A DNA stretch of 64,000 nt from assembly GCA_934371135.1 (NCBI GenBank), contig CAKRNO010000006.1, positions 7,751 to 71,750 on the forward strand, written 5' to 3'. Origin of the DNA: an uncultured Eubacteriales bacterium. Lineage in GTDB: Bacteria > Bacillota > Clostridia > Oscillospirales > CAG-272. Shown piece by piece: positions 9,103-17,944 of the stretch. The translations under genes and the position numbers were made by a program. The notes beneath the pieces are model-generated. The model made no database searches, was not told the DNA's origin, and saw only the letters and a list, made by a program, of their open reading frames with translations. Positions within the stretch are counted from its first letter, which is position 1. Every line of letters begins with the position of its first letter.

Positions 9103-10539
9103 ATGAAAAAACACCTGCTATGGGCACTGTTCCTCCTGTGTGCCGTCCTGCTCCTCGCGGGGTGCGGCACCGCATACAGCTGGGACGACGAACGCCTGAA
9201 CTACAACATCACCGGGGAGACGGTGGAAAACGGGACGCTCTATGTGACGCGCAAGGGCGAAAAGGTCAAGCGCGCCGCCGAGGGCGATATCCTCTACGTC
9301 AATCTCGTGCCCGCTACGGGCTATGAGCGCGAGAGCATCACGGTCAACGGTGAGGCGATTGAGGGGTCGCAATTCACGATGCCTGCGGGCGACGTGACCG
9401 TGGCGGCGACCGTCCGCCCCATCATCAGCCGGATCACGGTGGACACCGCGCTCTCCGGCGGCACCGTCACGGCGGACAAGACGGAGGCGATGTACGGCGA
9501 GACCGTCACGCTGACCGTCACGCCCGAGGCGGAGTATGCGCTCATCGAGCGCAGCCTGACCGTGAACGGGGCGGAGATCTATCGCGGACAGGCGACGGAG
9601 GCGACGCGGGTCACGTTCCGTATGCCGCCGCATGACGTTCGCATCACCGCCCGCTTCCGGGATACGACCCTGCGGATCACCACGATCGACGAATACCGCG
9701 CGTTTGCCGCTCTTGTCAATGGCGGCACGGACTTCCGCGGGCGCCGCGTCATCATCGACGCGGATATCGGCTCCCCCGATGCACCGGTCGACGCCATTAT
9801 CGGGAACGCATCGGATAAGGCGTTCGCCGGTACGATTGAAGGGAACGGTCATACCGTGTATCTCAATCTGACCGGTGTCAAGGGCATCGGGCTCATCGGT
9901 TATTCCAACGGTGCAACGGTGAGAGATCTCACGGTCGCGGGGCAGGTCGAGCTGACCGCGGGCAATATGTATGCGGGCGGCTTTGTCGGTCTTGTCCAAT
10001 GGGCGAGCGGCAGGGTCACGACGCTCGAGAGATGCGTCAACGAAGCGACGGTCAACGTGACGGCTTCGTCCAACGCCGGCGGGTTCGTCGGGCGCGCGCT
10101 CGGCAGTCTCACGGTCACGGGCTGTGAGAACAGGGGCAACGTGACAACCACGGGTAACTACGCCGCGGGGGTCGTCGGATACGTCCATAACTCCAGCGCC
10201 ACCGGGGCGGGTTCTCCCGCCATCACCGTCACCGATACGGTGAACACGGGCAATATCACGGCAAACACGGGCGTCGGCGGTATCGTCGGTCTGTTCCACA
10301 AGGGTGCCGCAGGTGCCGTGCACCGCCTGACGAACGTCTCGAACACCGGGACGCTCACCGGTACCTCGCAGGTCGGCGGCATCGTCGCCGTCATCACGAG
10401 CCAGGCGACCGATGGCTTCGACATCACGATCACCTACCGTGAGGCGGGGCTGAAGGACGGAGCCGGGGCAGACCTCGTCGTCGGCGCGGACAACAACCGG
10501 AAGCCGACGGTCATCACGCACATCACCGAAAACGCATGA
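9103..10539 (+). CDS. Lipoprotein with InlB-B-repeat-like modules and a C-terminal GLUG-repeat domain
   Basis: Lipobox LLLAGCG. FAGTIEGNGHTVYLNL plus GLUG repeats. The C-terminal ~230 aa is roughly two-thirds identical (by eye) to the C-terminus of 558-2783. Confidence 0.85.
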   Translation: MKKHLLWALFLLCAVLLLAGCGTAYSWDDERLNYNITGETVENGTLYVTRKGEKVKRAAEGDILYVNLVPATGYERESITVNGEAIEGSQFTMPAGDVTVAATVRPIISRITVDTALSGGTVTADKTEAMYGETVTLTVTPEAEYALIERSLTVNGAEIYRGQATEATRVTFRMPPHDVRITARFRDTTLRITTIDEYRAFAALVNGGTDFRGRRVIIDADIGSPDAPVDAIIGNASDKAFAGTIEGNGHTVYLNLTGVKGIGLIGYSNGATVRDLTVAGQVELTAGNMYAGGFVGLVQWASGRVTTLERCVNEATVNVTASSNAGGFVGRALGSLTVTGCENRGNVTTTGNYAAGVVGYVHNSSATGAGSPAITVTDTVNTGNITANTGVGGIVGLFHKGAAGAVHRLTNVSNTGTLTGTSQVGGIVAVITSQATDGFDITITYREAGLKDGAGADLVVGADNNRKPTVITHITENA

Positions 10540-10550
10540 GGAGGGAAAAG

Positions 10551-12254
10551 ATGAAACGGAAACTGCTGGCACTGACCGTCCTCCTCTGTATGCTCCTGCC
10601 GCTCGCTCTTACCGGGTGCTCCGGCGGCGACAAGCTCGCATACGTCGCCTACGGCGAGGACATCAAGGAGTTCGATACCTCTCTTTTCTACGGCAACGTA
10701 GAGACCATGCAGGGCGCCGACCCGTCGCTCATCTGGGTGCCGGAAGCGCTCGATGAGAACGGGCAGGTGAAGGAGGACACCGGGTACTATTACGCGTATA
10801 TCACGGCGACCTCCACCATCAACGCATGGCGCACGCGGGATATGACCAACTGGCAGTATCTCGGCGCCGTGTTCCGCCCCGACCTCGACACGTTCTGGGC
10901 GTACATGAATTTCTGGGCGCCCGCCGTTCACTATGATGCCGAGGACGGCGTGTACTATATGTATTACAGCGCGACGTCGAAGAGCGTCTCGGAATACAAG
11001 ACGCATTACATCTCACTCGCCACCTCAACTTCTCCGATGGGGCCCTTCACCGAATGGGGCAGTATTTCGGAGCCGCTCATCGACTTCTCGAAGATGCCGA
11101 AAGATCATCCGCTCTATGAAGCGCACGGGGAAGGCACCACCTGGGCGGACGGCTATTTTGCCGCCATCGACGCCGAGCCTTTCGTGGACGTGAACGGGGA
11201 CATCTACCTGCTCTTTACGCACGATAAGGGCGCGGGGTACTCCTCCAGCTCCACCTATATCATGAAGATGAAAGAATGGTGGGAGCCGGACTACGAGAGC
11301 ATTACCTGCATCTCCCTCACAGGCTCCTGTGAGGTCGGCGGGACGGAGGTCATGGACGAGGGCACCGTCAACGAGGGGCCGTTCATGCTCTATCACGAAG
11401 GGCTTTACTACCTGACGTTCTCCGTCCACACCTACGATGAATCGTCTTATCAGGTGCGGCAGGCGGTCGGCACCTCGCCGATGGGTCCCTTCCACAAGAT
11501 CGCGACCGAGAAGGGCGGTACGGTCATCACGACCGACGGGCTGAACGCTTATACCAACTCTGCCGGGCACCATTCGTTCATCACCGTGGGCGATGAACTC
11601 TACATCAGTTACCACACGTTCAAGAATGACAAGTCCATTTCGCAGGCGCGGAAGATCCGCTTCGACAAGGTGTCCTTCGTCACCAATGACGACGGGATCC
11701 CCGTCATCTACGCGAACGGCCCCACCGTGACACTCCAGCCGCTCCCGACCGCCATCAGCGGGTACGAGAACAAGGCGACCTCGGCGCAGGTTACGGCGAC
11801 AGGGCTCCGCGAGGGCAGCAGCACCTACTGGCTGAACGACGGTACGCTCAAGATTCACGAGACGCCGGACATTGTCGACGAGACCTACTTTAACGTAGGG
11901 AAGAAAGCAAGTACCGTGACGCTGTCATGGGAGGACTACATTTCGGCAAAAGCCATCATGGTGTACAACAGTAATCTGTATGCCACCTCGTTCACCAAGA
12001 TCGACAACATCCGCATCTGGTACCGCGTCGGTGACACCGAGGGCGTGTGCGAGACGGGCGAGATCGCTTTCAGCTACGACCAGTATTCGCTGGTGCCGAA
12101 ACACTATAACTGTATCTTCGCCGGCGCGTCCTGCACGATCCAGTTCGCGGACATGGATATCAGACAAATCGAAATTACCGTATCGGAATCCAGCGGCGGC
12201 GAGGTCTTCGCCATCTCGGAGATCACGGTGCTCGGTAAAAAGGAGGGAAGATGA
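10551..12254 (+). CDS. GH43 family glycoside hydrolase lipoprotein with a C-terminal F5/8-type-C (CBM32-like) module
   Basis: RBS GAGGAGGGAAAAG, lipobox LALTGCSG, FWAPAVHYDAEDGVYYMYYSATS, EGPFMLYHEGLYYLTFS and a tail ...ISEITVLGKK. Confidence 0.85.
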   Translation: MKRKLLALTVLLCMLLPLALTGCSGGDKLAYVAYGEDIKEFDTSLFYGNVETMQGADPSLIWVPEALDENGQVKEDTGYYYAYITATSTINAWRTRDMTNWQYLGAVFRPDLDTFWAYMNFWAPAVHYDAEDGVYYMYYSATSKSVSEYKTHYISLATSTSPMGPFTEWGSISEPLIDFSKMPKDHPLYEAHGEGTTWADGYFAAIDAEPFVDVNGDIYLLFTHDKGAGYSSSSTYIMKMKEWWEPDYESITCISLTGSCEVGGTEVMDEGTVNEGPFMLYHEGLYYLTFSVHTYDESSYQVRQAVGTSPMGPFHKIATEKGGTVITTDGLNAYTNSAGHHSFITVGDELYISYHTFKNDKSISQARKIRFDKVSFVTNDDGIPVIYANGPTVTLQPLPTAISGYENKATSAQVTATGLREGSSTYWLNDGTLKIHETPDIVDETYFNVGKKASTVTLSWEDYISAKAIMVYNSNLYATSFTKIDNIRIWYRVGDTEGVCETGEIAFSYDQYSLVPKHYNCIFAGASCTIQFADMDIRQIEITVSESSGGEVFAISEITVLGKKEGR

Positions 12255-13807
12255 TGAAGAAACGGCTTATGCTCCCTCTTATCGCCTGCCTTCTGCTCCT
12301 GGCGGCGAGCCTCACCGCCTGCGGCGGCGGTTATACGTTCGCGCCGTATGCCTACACGAACAAGGCGCCGATCCCCACCGATATCCACGACTTTACGTCG
12401 GTGGACGGCATGACGGTAGACGGCGTGCGCGACGCGCAGTACGGCGACGCCGCACAGCACCGGCTCTATTACAAGAACAATGTCAACAGCGACATTTACG
12501 TCGACGCGTACCTGTACTTCGGTGATGAGGGGATTCACTGCTTCGTGTCCGTCAAGGACAATATCCTCTCGTTCAACGCCAACCGCTCGGTCTACCTCAA
12601 TTCTTCCGTGGAGCTTTTCTTCAACGCAGCGCAAACGAAAAGCGGCAAGCAGAAGACCTCGATCAATAACGCCACCTGTCAGTGGCGTATCGACTGCGGC
12701 GGGAAGTCCGCGAAGCTCTGCGGCATCGGCGGCAGAAACGCCTACACCGGCTCCTACTTTGACGGTCAGTTCGCCGTCAATCTGAACGGTGAACTCAATT
12801 CGCAGGACGCGACGGGCTTCGACGTTGAGACGTTCATTCCGTGGTACGAACTCGGCTTCACCCCGGACGAAAACGGGGACTACGGGGTCACGGAACTCAT
12901 GTTCAACGTGGCGTACAACCACAAGGACGATCCGTATGGGGCAGAGGACAACACCTCCCGCGCCCGTTCCATGAAGACCTTCAGTTATCAGGCGACCCCC
13001 TATACATGGGTGCCTCTTGCGAAGAACGCGGACGGCACGGCGCGGAACCTGACCTCGCCGGACGGCAACTTCTTCGGCACGCTCATCGTCGAGGGCGGTC
13101 TGCTCGCCGGGGTGTACGAGCCGACGTACCTTGTTGATCTCTCGCAGGATAACGACGAGGGCGGGAACAGGATGTTCATTCGCTCGGATTCTCCCACTGC
13201 TTATGCGGTCGTGAAGAACAGCACCTCCTCGCACTTCTACTATGAAGCGTATCTCAGCGGCATCTCGGGTGAGCAGAGCAACACGCCGAAAATCGGTATT
13301 ACGGTGCTGTTCCCCGCCAACCGGATTACGCTCTACATCAAAATGTACGACGGCGCTAATATTGCCGACGGGATATGCGGTGTGGTACAGCGGACAATCA
13401 CCAACGGCGGCTACAACTGGTCGGAGGCGGCAGACCCCAACGACGACACAATGAACTGGGGCTACTATACCAACAGTGCGTTCCGGGATCCGGACAATCA
13501 CTTCATCACCGAAGGTGTCAAACTCGCGATCTACCGCGAGGACGACATTCTGTGCTTCTTCGTCAACGACGAGTTGTATTTCGCGAACCAGGCGGCGATT
13601 GACGCCGGCTTCACCCCGCTGTGTAAGCAGCCTCTGAACCTTCACGACACTGCGAGCCGTGAGATCTTCGGCACGAAAATCGTGGACGACAGTATCGTTG
13701 GCGTGTTCTCGTTCGGCGCGAACGCCACTGTTTCGGACTACACGTTCGTCAAAGGCGACGATGCCTCGGCGCGTGTGGCGTCCTACCGCACCTCACAAGG
13801 CGATTGA
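12251..13807 (+). CDS. Lipoprotein with a CBM9-like carbohydrate-binding domain and a jelly-roll-like C-terminal half
   Basis: Lipobox SLTACGGG. VDGVRDAQYGDAA...VELFFN pattern typical of CBM9-like domains. Start overlaps the GH43 stop. Confidence 0.65.
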   Translation: MMKKRLMLPLIACLLLLAASLTACGGGYTFAPYAYTNKAPIPTDIHDFTSVDGMTVDGVRDAQYGDAAQHRLYYKNNVNSDIYVDAYLYFGDEGIHCFVSVKDNILSFNANRSVYLNSSVELFFNAAQTKSGKQKTSINNATCQWRIDCGGKSAKLCGIGGRNAYTGSYFDGQFAVNLNGELNSQDATGFDVETFIPWYELGFTPDENGDYGVTELMFNVAYNHKDDPYGAEDNTSRARSMKTFSYQATPYTWVPLAKNADGTARNLTSPDGNFFGTLIVEGGLLAGVYEPTYLVDLSQDNDEGGNRMFIRSDSPTAYAVVKNSTSSHFYYEAYLSGISGEQSNTPKIGITVLFPANRITLYIKMYDGANIADGICGVVQRTITNGGYNWSEAADPNDDTMNWGYYTNSAFRDPDNHFITEGVKLAIYREDDILCFFVNDELYFANQAAIDAGFTPLCKQPLNLHDTASREIFGTKIVDDSIVGVFSFGANATVSDYTFVKGDDASARVASYRTSQGD

Positions 13808-13834
13808 TTGAATGTAACTAAAGGAGACAAACAC

Positions 13835-15790
13835 ATGAAAAGATTTGTTGCCATCGCTCTCATGCTCGTGATGATGACGGCGCTCCTCGTGCCCCTGCTC
13901 AGCGGGTGCAAAAAGCGCGGGAGCGGCGTGGATATCTCGTTCGATGAGAACGGTAATCTGCTGCCGTCCTCCGGCACCACGATCCATGTCACCTCGTACT
14001 CCGAGGGGGACGAAGAAAAGCGTTTCTACCAGTTGTGCGATGCTTTCAACGAAAAGTACAAAGAGTACAACATCCGGGCGGTCTATGAGCCGAGTGACTC
14101 CAGCGGGTACGAGCAGACGATGAAGACGTCGCTCTCCTCCTCCACCTGTCAGGACGTCCTGCTCGTCTCCGACAGTTACTATAAGCAGTGGGCGACGCTC
14201 GGCTACCTCGAGCCGCTCGACGCATACATCAAGAGCCAGTACGCCGCGCTCAACTTCGAAAAGGAAGTCGCGGATATGTACGAGGGCGGCGTCGGCAGAT
14301 ACCTCTACGACGTCGTGACGACCACCTCGGACGGTCCGAACGCGCATTACTACGGGCTCCCGAAGGGCACCGGCGCGACCGCCATCTACTACAACAAGAC
14401 CTACATGAAGAACGCGAACATCAAGGAGATCTCGGTCTACGAGGAAGATATCGACGCGTTCAACGGCGGCGCGGCAGATGCCTACGGCAATACCAAGGCG
14501 TCGCTCGGTATCGACGGCACCGTACCGAAGAAGGCATTCTTCACCGTCGGCGGTCAGCGCGTGTTCAACAACAAGATCCCGATGAGCTGGCAGGAGTGTT
14601 CGGAACTCGCCGCCATTCTGCAGGCGGTCAATGCGGCGGCAGGCTGTAAGTATGGCTTCATCACCAGCTGGTGGTTCAATTACGGCTTCTCGGTGGGCGG
14701 CAGCTGTATGCAGTATCTGACGTCCGACGATACGGGGCTGACCGGCGGTTACTACACCTTCACCCTCGCGGACTCGACGGTCAACTACAAAGCCAAAGAA
14801 GATATTGCCGTCAACGGTCATACCTACAAGGCGGGCGAGATCGTCTCCTACGAGGATAAGTTCTACATGAGCGACACCCTTGCCGAAAAGTGCGAGGTGC
14901 TCCCCTCCCAGCGCGAGGCATTCGCGGAATACATGAGCCTCGCCGGCAAGGTGGGCAACAGCCACTACCATGCCGACGTCACCTACGGCGGTAAAACCTA
15001 CACCGGCGTGACGGACGCTTTCTGGTCGGTAATCCCGTATCAACTCGGTGCGACGCCCAAAGAGGCGATCGCCAAGAACGAAGAGCTGCTCCGCAGCCCG
15101 AACAATCTCGGAGATCCCGGCAGTGCCGGCGCACTCGCTGCGGCTTCGCACGAATATGTGATCGTGCAGAACAAGGGCATCTCGGTCAACCCGGCGACTC
15201 TGAACACGGACGGTCGTTTCACCCAGTTCACGCAGGGTTATACCGCCATGGTCGTTGACGTCCGCGTCAGCGTGGCGCAGGCGCGCCTGATCCGCGACTT
15301 CGAGTGGGATGTCGCCCCCATGCTCGTGTGGAAGGATTTTGACGACGAGGGCAACACGATCGCTTCCGGCGTCGAGGGCGCACACTCCGGCTCGAACGCG
15401 TGGGCGGTGTGGAGCAAATCCACGATCAAAAATGCGGCTTATCTGTTCCTCAAGTTCGCGGCAGGTGAGGAGGGGCAGAAGATCCTCGCCGAGGCGGGCA
15501 CCATTATCCCGAACCAGAAGAGCATCGCGAAAGAGATGATTCAGCAGGATCTTGCGAAGGGGCTTTCTCCCCGTAACATCGAGGTGTTCGAGCGCGGGGC
15601 AGAGTACCAGACCCCCGGTGACTGGTGGTTCCTCAAGGACGGCGACTGGATCGACGGCGACGGCTGCTGGGCAAACTACCTCAACCAGACCGTGCGTAAC
15701 TTCAAGGCGACCATGACGACCTTCTATACCGTGAACGACTATCTCAAGACTTTTGATACGCTGAAAAAATACACGGCAAAAGAGGACTGA
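13835..15790 (+). CDS. Large (651 aa) ABC transporter extracellular solute-binding lipoprotein
   Basis: RBS AAAGGAGA, lipobox LLSGCKK, family-1 solute-binding-protein-like sequence, followed by two permease genes. Confidence 0.85.
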   Translation: MKRFVAIALMLVMMTALLVPLLSGCKKRGSGVDISFDENGNLLPSSGTTIHVTSYSEGDEEKRFYQLCDAFNEKYKEYNIRAVYEPSDSSGYEQTMKTSLSSSTCQDVLLVSDSYYKQWATLGYLEPLDAYIKSQYAALNFEKEVADMYEGGVGRYLYDVVTTTSDGPNAHYYGLPKGTGATAIYYNKTYMKNANIKEISVYEEDIDAFNGGAADAYGNTKASLGIDGTVPKKAFFTVGGQRVFNNKIPMSWQECSELAAILQAVNAAAGCKYGFITSWWFNYGFSVGGSCMQYLTSDDTGLTGGYYTFTLADSTVNYKAKEDIAVNGHTYKAGEIVSYEDKFYMSDTLAEKCEVLPSQREAFAEYMSLAGKVGNSHYHADVTYGGKTYTGVTDAFWSVIPYQLGATPKEAIAKNEELLRSPNNLGDPGSAGALAAASHEYVIVQNKGISVNPATLNTDGRFTQFTQGYTAMVVDVRVSVAQARLIRDFEWDVAPMLVWKDFDDEGNTIASGVEGAHSGSNAWAVWSKSTIKNAAYLFLKFAAGEEGQKILAEAGTIIPNQKSIAKEMIQQDLAKGLSPRNIEVFERGAEYQTPGDWWFLKDGDWIDGDGCWANYLNQTVRNFKATMTTFYTVNDYLKTFDTLKKYTAKED

Positions 15791-15794
15791 GTCC

Positions 15795-16688
15795 ATGACG
15801 ATCACAAAGAGTAAAAAAGCGAGATCAGACGAACTCTGGGGCACGCTCTTCGCGGGGATCCCGGTGCTGGGGCTCATCATCTTTACCTATATACCGCTCC
15901 TCATGGCGGTCATCATGTCCTTCATGGAGGTGCCGGGGCTCACGCTGCAGGGGGCGAAGTTTTTCCCGCTGAAGCAGATCTTCACAAACTACGTCACGGT
16001 CATCAAGGATCAGTATTTCTGGAAGTCCATACTCAATAATATTGTGTTGATGATCGGTCTGCCGATTTCCATCATCCTGTCGATTGCGATTGCGGAACTG
16101 CTGACCAAGGGGCTCCGCGGCACCCGTTTCTTCAAGGTGTTGCTTTTCGTCCCGTATGTCTGCTCCGTCACAGCAACGACGTTCATGTGGAACTGGTTGC
16201 TCAACTATGACCACGGCGTCATCAACAGCATCCTCGGCAAGAATATCAACTGGTTTGGTCCTGACCTCTTTATCTGGTCGGTCATGATTATGACCATCTG
16301 GGCATCCTGCGGTTACCGCATCCTGCTCTTTACGGCGGCGATGACGAACGTCAACAGCTCGCTGAAGGAAGCGGCGGCGGTCGACGGCGCGAACAAGTTC
16401 CAGATCTTTGGTCACGTCACGCTTCCGTCTATCACGCCGACGATCTTCTACATCCTCGTCATGGGTACCATCGGCGTTCTGCAGGAATTTACCCGTATTC
16501 AGGTGTTGGATTCCACGGGCGCGAAGTGTACGACCGTCGTGTTCTATGTGTATAAGAAGATGCTGGTCGGTACCCCGGACGCGGGCGTCGGCTGTGCCGC
16601 GAGTATCATTCTCGCGCTTCTGGTCGCGCTCCTGACCAAACTGCATTTCACGATCTCGAAGAAGTGGGTGAGCTACGATGCAAGCTAA
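15795..16688 (+). CDS. Carbohydrate ABC transporter permease
   Basis: Six TM helices and the EAA loop EAAAVDGANKFQIFGHVTLP. Confidence 0.9.
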   Translation: MTITKSKKARSDELWGTLFAGIPVLGLIIFTYIPLLMAVIMSFMEVPGLTLQGAKFFPLKQIFTNYVTVIKDQYFWKSILNNIVLMIGLPISIILSIAIAELLTKGLRGTRFFKVLLFVPYVCSVTATTFMWNWLLNYDHGVINSILGKNINWFGPDLFIWSVMIMTIWASCGYRILLFTAAMTNVNSSLKEAAAVDGANKFQIFGHVTLPSITPTIFYILVMGTIGVLQEFTRIQVLDSTGAKCTTVVFYVYKKMLVGTPDAGVGCAASIILALLVALLTKLHFTISKKWVSYDAS

Positions 16689-17559
16689 CAAAACGAAAAA
16701 ACTGAAAAAGAACCATAAGCATCTGGATAACGCGCTTGTCTACGCGGGGCTCATCGTCGCGTCGCTCCTCGTCGTCCTGCCTTTTGCCATCGTATTCATG
16801 ACCTCGTTTATGACGGCGGAGGACGCGACGGCCGGCGGCTTCTCGCTCATCGGTCAGAGCGGCATGACGTTCCAGGGGTATAAGGAGTTCTTCAATTATA
16901 AGGACTACTATACCGGCGTGCCGCGTTTCCTCACCGGTCTTGCGAGTACCATGGTGACGTCGCTCGTCCCGACCCTCGCCTCGCTTTTCTGTGCGGCGCT
17001 CGCGGCGTTCGCTTTCGCGAAGATCCGCTTCCGCATGAGCAAGGTGTTCTTCAACATCATCCTGTTCACGATGATGATCCCCGGCACAATCCTCATGGTG
17101 CCGCACTACCTGATGTATGAATCCTTCGGGTGGATTGACACCTACCTGCCGCTCATCATTCCCGGGCTGTTCGGCGGTGCGAGCATGATCTTCTTCCTCC
17201 GCCAGTTTATGTTCGGGATCCCCGACTCGCTGATCGAGGCAGGAAAGGTGGACGGGCTCTCGTGGTTCGGTATCTTTATCCGCGTGGTTCTGCCGCTGAC
17301 GGTGCCGGCGCTCCTCGCGCAGGGGCTCCTCAGCTTCATCGCGCACTACAACGCCTACCTCGGCCCGCGTCTCTATCTCAAGAGTCGCGATCTCGCCACC
17401 CTGCAACTTGTGGTCGCGAACTTCAAGGATGCCGCGAAGTTCAACCACCCCGCCGTCATGGCGTGCTGTATCGTGACGATACTGCCGATCCTGATTCTCT
17501 ACACGGTGTTCCAGAAGTACTTTGTCGAGGGCATCGCCACGACGGGTATGAAACTGTAA
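16678..17559 (+). CDS. Carbohydrate ABC transporter permease
   Basis: EAA loop EAGKVDGLSWFGIFIRVVLP. Overlaps the preceding permease gene. Confidence 0.9.
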   Translation: MQANKTKKLKKNHKHLDNALVYAGLIVASLLVVLPFAIVFMTSFMTAEDATAGGFSLIGQSGMTFQGYKEFFNYKDYYTGVPRFLTGLASTMVTSLVPTLASLFCAALAAFAFAKIRFRMSKVFFNIILFTMMIPGTILMVPHYLMYESFGWIDTYLPLIIPGLFGGASMIFFLRQFMFGIPDSLIEAGKVDGLSWFGIFIRVVLPLTVPALLAQGLLSFIAHYNAYLGPRLYLKSRDLATLQLVVANFKDAAKFNHPAVMACCIVTILPILILYTVFQKYFVEGIATTGMKL

Positions 17560-17577
17560 CGGTAACATAAACAGAGA

Positions 17578-17620
17578 ACGGAGAGCGCCTCCCAACCGGA
17601 AGCGGCTCTCCGTTTTGCTG
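17578..17620 (+). terminator. Intrinsic terminator of the 5865-17559 operon
   Basis: Stem ACGGAGAGC/GCTCTCCGT is followed by TTTTGCTGTATTTT. Confidence 0.6.
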
Positions 17621-17640
17621 TATTTTCGCTTTGCGTACCG

Positions 17641-17727
17641 TTATCCGCGGCGGCTTTTGACGATGTTCATGGCGATATAGACGCCGATGAAGAGCAGGAT
17701 ACGGGGCAGCTGCAGAGACCGGAGCAT
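17641..17727 (-). pseudogene. Relic of the 3' end of an ABC-2 permease gene (28 codons)
   Basis: Translation MLRSLQLPRILLFIGVYIAMNIVKSRRG* matches the C-terminus ...SILLLIGIYVAFNIVASRRRK* of the permease at 39597-40499. About 75 percent DNA identity (by eye) over ~45 nt. A stop codon sits immediately upstream of the ATG. Confidence 0.5.
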
Positions 17728-17841
17728 TTATGCCACCGCAAAATGTAAGAGCAGCTCGCCTTGGGGCGTCTGATCGGTGTGCCTCGTTTTTCCAGTGTGT
17801 CATGCGACGAGAATGAGATCGCCGAGGCAGAGAAATACAGT

Positions 17842-17880
17842 AACGGAGAGCCGCATTCGGAACGAATACGGCTCTCCGTT
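17842..17880 (-). terminator. Long hairpin downstream of the HAD/GH38 operon
   Basis: Perfect 12-bp stem AACGGAGAGCCG/CGGCTCTCCGTT, extendable through the loop. The T-rich flank is weak on the minus strand, so terminator function is uncertain. Confidence 0.45.
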
Positions 17881-17944
17881 TGTCGGTTTGGTTGGTCGTC
17901 TGCCGTCAAGTCGGAAGGCAGGGGATAAACGGGGTATGTAGCGG

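Noticed and set aside
825-15880. Further long antisense or out-of-frame ORFs in the track (825-2624, 3025-4689, 5781-7049, 8226-9170, 9118-10572, 11025-11858, 12104-13645, 13793-15880 and many 60-200 aa ORFs)
   Set aside because: Each overlaps a sense gene supported by an RBS, a signal peptide or domain motifs. Their translations are Arg/Pro/Gly/Ala-rich and lack start context.
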